Below, piece after piece: positions 61,141 to 64,000 of a DNA stretch of 64,000 bases; the first letter of the stretch is position 1, and every line of letters starts with the position of its first letter. The DNA is from Euglena gracilis (taxonomy: Eukaryota): the NCBI GenBank assembly GCA_039621445.1, contig CP154954.1, forward strand, positions 18,772,642-18,836,641, written 5' to 3'. Both the position numbers and the translations under genes were made by a program. The notes beneath the pieces are model-generated. The model was not told where the DNA came from. It worked only from the letters and a program-made list of their open reading frames with translations, and did no database searches.

Positions 61141-62466
61141 GCTTTTGACCTCAAAATTACAAAATCCCTCATTTTACCAAGTGTTTTTGGGTGTATTTTG
61201 GCATAAATAACCAATATTAGTATTTTTTTCCTTTTTTTTGCATTTGAAGGCCTAAAAAATCAAAAAAACCCCGAAAACTTTTGATAGGGGGGGGGCAAGG
61301 TCGTGGGGTGGGCCGACCCTAGGGTCGCTCATCCTAGGGTCAGCCCACGACCCTAGGATGAGCGACCCTAGTGTCGGCCCACTCCACGTCCGGGGGGGGG
61401 GTCCAACCTTAGCGACCTTAGCGACCCTAGCAACCCTAGGGTCGTAGTGGGCCGACCCTAGGGTCGGCCCACAACCCCCCCCCCCATGCCAGATCCGGGA
61501 GCCGTCTTCCGGCGCAAGGTCCGTGTGCCAGTTCAGATAGGCGGACCACTTTGCCGCATTCCACGACGAGCTGGCACTGTCGTCGGCAGTCCCCATATCC
61601 TCCAACTTCAGCTTCCGCTTGAGAGGCAGATTGGCGATCTGGAGGAATGCTAGCATGCAGTGGCAAGTCTTCTGGGGCAATTGATGAACCTGTACCTCCC
61701 CGTTTCAGATGGTTGGGTGAGCACATTTCGGATTCAGACAAGTCCAAATCGTCGTCCTCCAAATCCACATCAAGACGCAGACTGAAGGACAAATCACAGT
61801 TGACTGAAATGCGGGGAACGAACGTGCCAATCGGGAGATTCCACCAGACTTGGGGACGACAATGGCATCATGAGGTCCGGGGTGTCGGGGTTGCGCTCCC
61901 TGCCCTTAGCCATTCGCCTACTGCCGATGGAAGACGAACAACGTCATTCTCCAGAGGCACAGAGTCAGCACTGCCAACGGAGCCCACAGGGGGGGGGTCC
62001 CGCGGGACCCCCCTGTCGAGTTGCGAACTCAACCCTACCGGTCGAGTTTGGTCATTTACAGGGGGGGGGGCTTGCAGGACCCCTGTCAAGTTCCGAACTG
62101 ATTGGAATCCAATTTTTTTTTGATTTCCCCCCCGTCCAACCACTTCTGTCTGCCATCGCTCACGGTTGGCCGCGCCCATCAAGGCCGCAAAGTTTTTGTG
62201 TGGGGTGAAGTTGGAGGGCTCTGTGGGACCACATGTTCTATGGGGAAGCCTCTGAATTTGTGTAACACTTTTAAGCTAAAATCGGCGTTCAAACGGGGGA
62301 CCCCTGTCCACACCAGGAATCGTGATTGAACCCGATTTTTCTGATAGTAATTGCAATTTTACACCCATGCGATCACACCCACTCCCGATCCGGGCCAAAG
62401 TATCTTTGTCCCACACCCATTCTAAAGTGGGTCAAGGCAGAGGGGGACATTGTGGGGGGGGGATGC

Positions 62467-63960
62467 CGGCGCAAGGCGGTAGACTGGGGGTAGTCGGCCG
62501 ACTAGTCGGCCGACTACCCAATTGGTCCACCGACTAGTCCTAGTCGGTAGCTAGTCGGCGAGACAGGGGGGGGGGTAGTGGGTAGTCGGCCAACTAGTCG
62601 GCCGACTACCCACTCTAATGTACTAACGGGTCAAAACCGCCGACTTTTAAGCCCCCCCCCCATGAACAAAATCCAATGCAATCTAGTCGGTGGCTAGTCG
62701 GCGGTCATAAAAATGGTCTGTGGCGGGCCCAAATCACCCGGAAATGGTCCGGATGGGTCCAAATAAGTGTCTTACGCCTAAATAAACACCCCCAGATGGA
62801 AATCTTTGGTCAGTGGGGGGTCGGTGGGCCCTTGGTGGGGGTCCGGAGGGGTAAAAAACCAATGATGAAACAGGGATTACATTAAAATCCTTTAGAAATG
62901 CAATCTGCAATCTGCGTTTTGCATCACGAGAGGCAGAAAACTCCCCCCTCCACCCCAATCCGAGACTCAAATAACAAAATCCCTTCTGTGTTGGCAACGT
63001 ACTCGGGGGCTAAGTCGTTTTTGTGGCTCACTTTGGCATAGGCGGGGGGGGCTCCGCCCCCCCCGCACCCCCCCCCTCAAATAACAAAATCCCTTCTATG
63101 TTGGCAACATACTCGGGGGCTAAGTCGTTTTTGTGGCTCACTTTGGCATAGGCGGGGGGGGGCGCCCCCCAACCCCCCCCCAAAAAACAAAAACCCTCCT
63201 CTGTTCGCAACATACTCGGGGGCTAAGTCGTTTTTGTGGCTCACTTTGGCATAGGCGGGGGGGCTCCGCCCCCCCCGCACCCCCCCCCCTCAAATAACAA
63301 AATCCCTTCTCTGTTGGCAACATATTCGGGGGGTAAGTCGTTTTTGTGGCTCACTTTGGCATAGGCGGGGGGGGCTCCGCCCCCCCCGCACCCCCCCCCT
63401 CAAATAACAAAATCCCTTCTGTGTTGGCAACATACTCGGGGGCTAAGTCGTTTTTGTGGCTTACTTTGGCATAGGCGGGGGGGGGCGTCGCCCGCCCCCC
63501 ACCCCCCCCCCAAATAACAAAATCCCTTCTATGTTGGCTATAGACTTGGGGGATAAGAACCTTTTTTTGTGCAAATTTTGACTTATACTGAAAATTCAAT
63601 GGGGAGAGGTGTACTTTTGTCAAAAGTGGCCCAAAATGGACATTTTCCCCCAATTTTTTTGCATATTCACCCCCGATTGGGGGGTTCTGGAGCCATTTGG
63701 GTCGGTTTTGACCGGCGTTGAGGTGATTTAGACTTTTTTTTTTACCAGGGGGGGGGGGGGGGCTTAAAAGTCGGCGGTTTTGACCCGTTAGTACATTAGA
63801 GTGGGTAGTCGGCCGACTAGTCGGCCGACTACCCACTACCCCCCCGCCGACTAGCCACCGACCAATTAGTCGGCCGACTAGTCGGTGGACCAATTGGGTA
63901 GTCGGCCGACTAGTCGGCCGACTACCCACTACCCCCCCCCCAGTCTACCGTTTGGCACTG
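62467..63960. mobile_element. 1.5-kb TIR element with CTAGTCGGCCGACTAG palindrome arrays
   Basis: TIR core CGGTAGACTGGGGG; flanking GGGATGC duplication; inverted copies in DDB1 intron 3. Confidence 0.7.
62968..63540. repeat. Tandem repeat of about 110 bp, about 5 copies
   Basis: Unit start CAAATAACAAAATCCC at 62968, 63078, 63181 (variant), 63291, 63401, 63511. Confidence 0.9.
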
Positions 63961-64000
63961 GGGATGCCCCCCCCTCCCACAATGTTTCCGCCCCCCCACT

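Noticed and set aside
60370-63540. CRISPR-like periodic repeats
   Set aside because: Whole units repeat with no unique spacers, there are no cas genes, and the context is eukaryotic
1-64000. Most of the supplied ORFs
   Set aside because: They translate homopolymer-rich repeats or are antisense or alternative frames of real exons; no recognisable domains, and no transposase was seen

Overview
Eukaryotic, very repeat-rich genomic DNA, most likely from a euglenid (inferred from GTRTG donors and non-GT-AG introns closed by CAG...CTG stems). About 53 kb is one minus-strand gene for DDB1 (DNA damage-binding protein 1, CUL4 adaptor). I reconstructed 32 exons from the ATG at 53433 to the window start; the 3' end is outside the window. 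Of the 31 introns, 25 are GT-AG and 6 appear nonconventional. Three of those six are intact MITE-like elements with CAG...CTG terminal inverted repeats (TIRs) and perfect 8-bp target-site duplications (TSDs), an hAT-like signature. Removing the element plus one TSD copy restores the DDB1 frame exactly, and 3+5=8 matches the known euglenid motif positions (CAG at +4..+6, CTG at -8..-6). One such intron has a younger sibling copy inside a conventional intron. The window also holds tRNA-Gln(CTG), two exons of an EF-hand gene joined by another nonconventional intron, many nested non-autonomous elements, a probable truncated non-LTR insertion and microsatellites. Almost all supplied ORFs are spurious. 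All calls are by manual reading; no searches were run.
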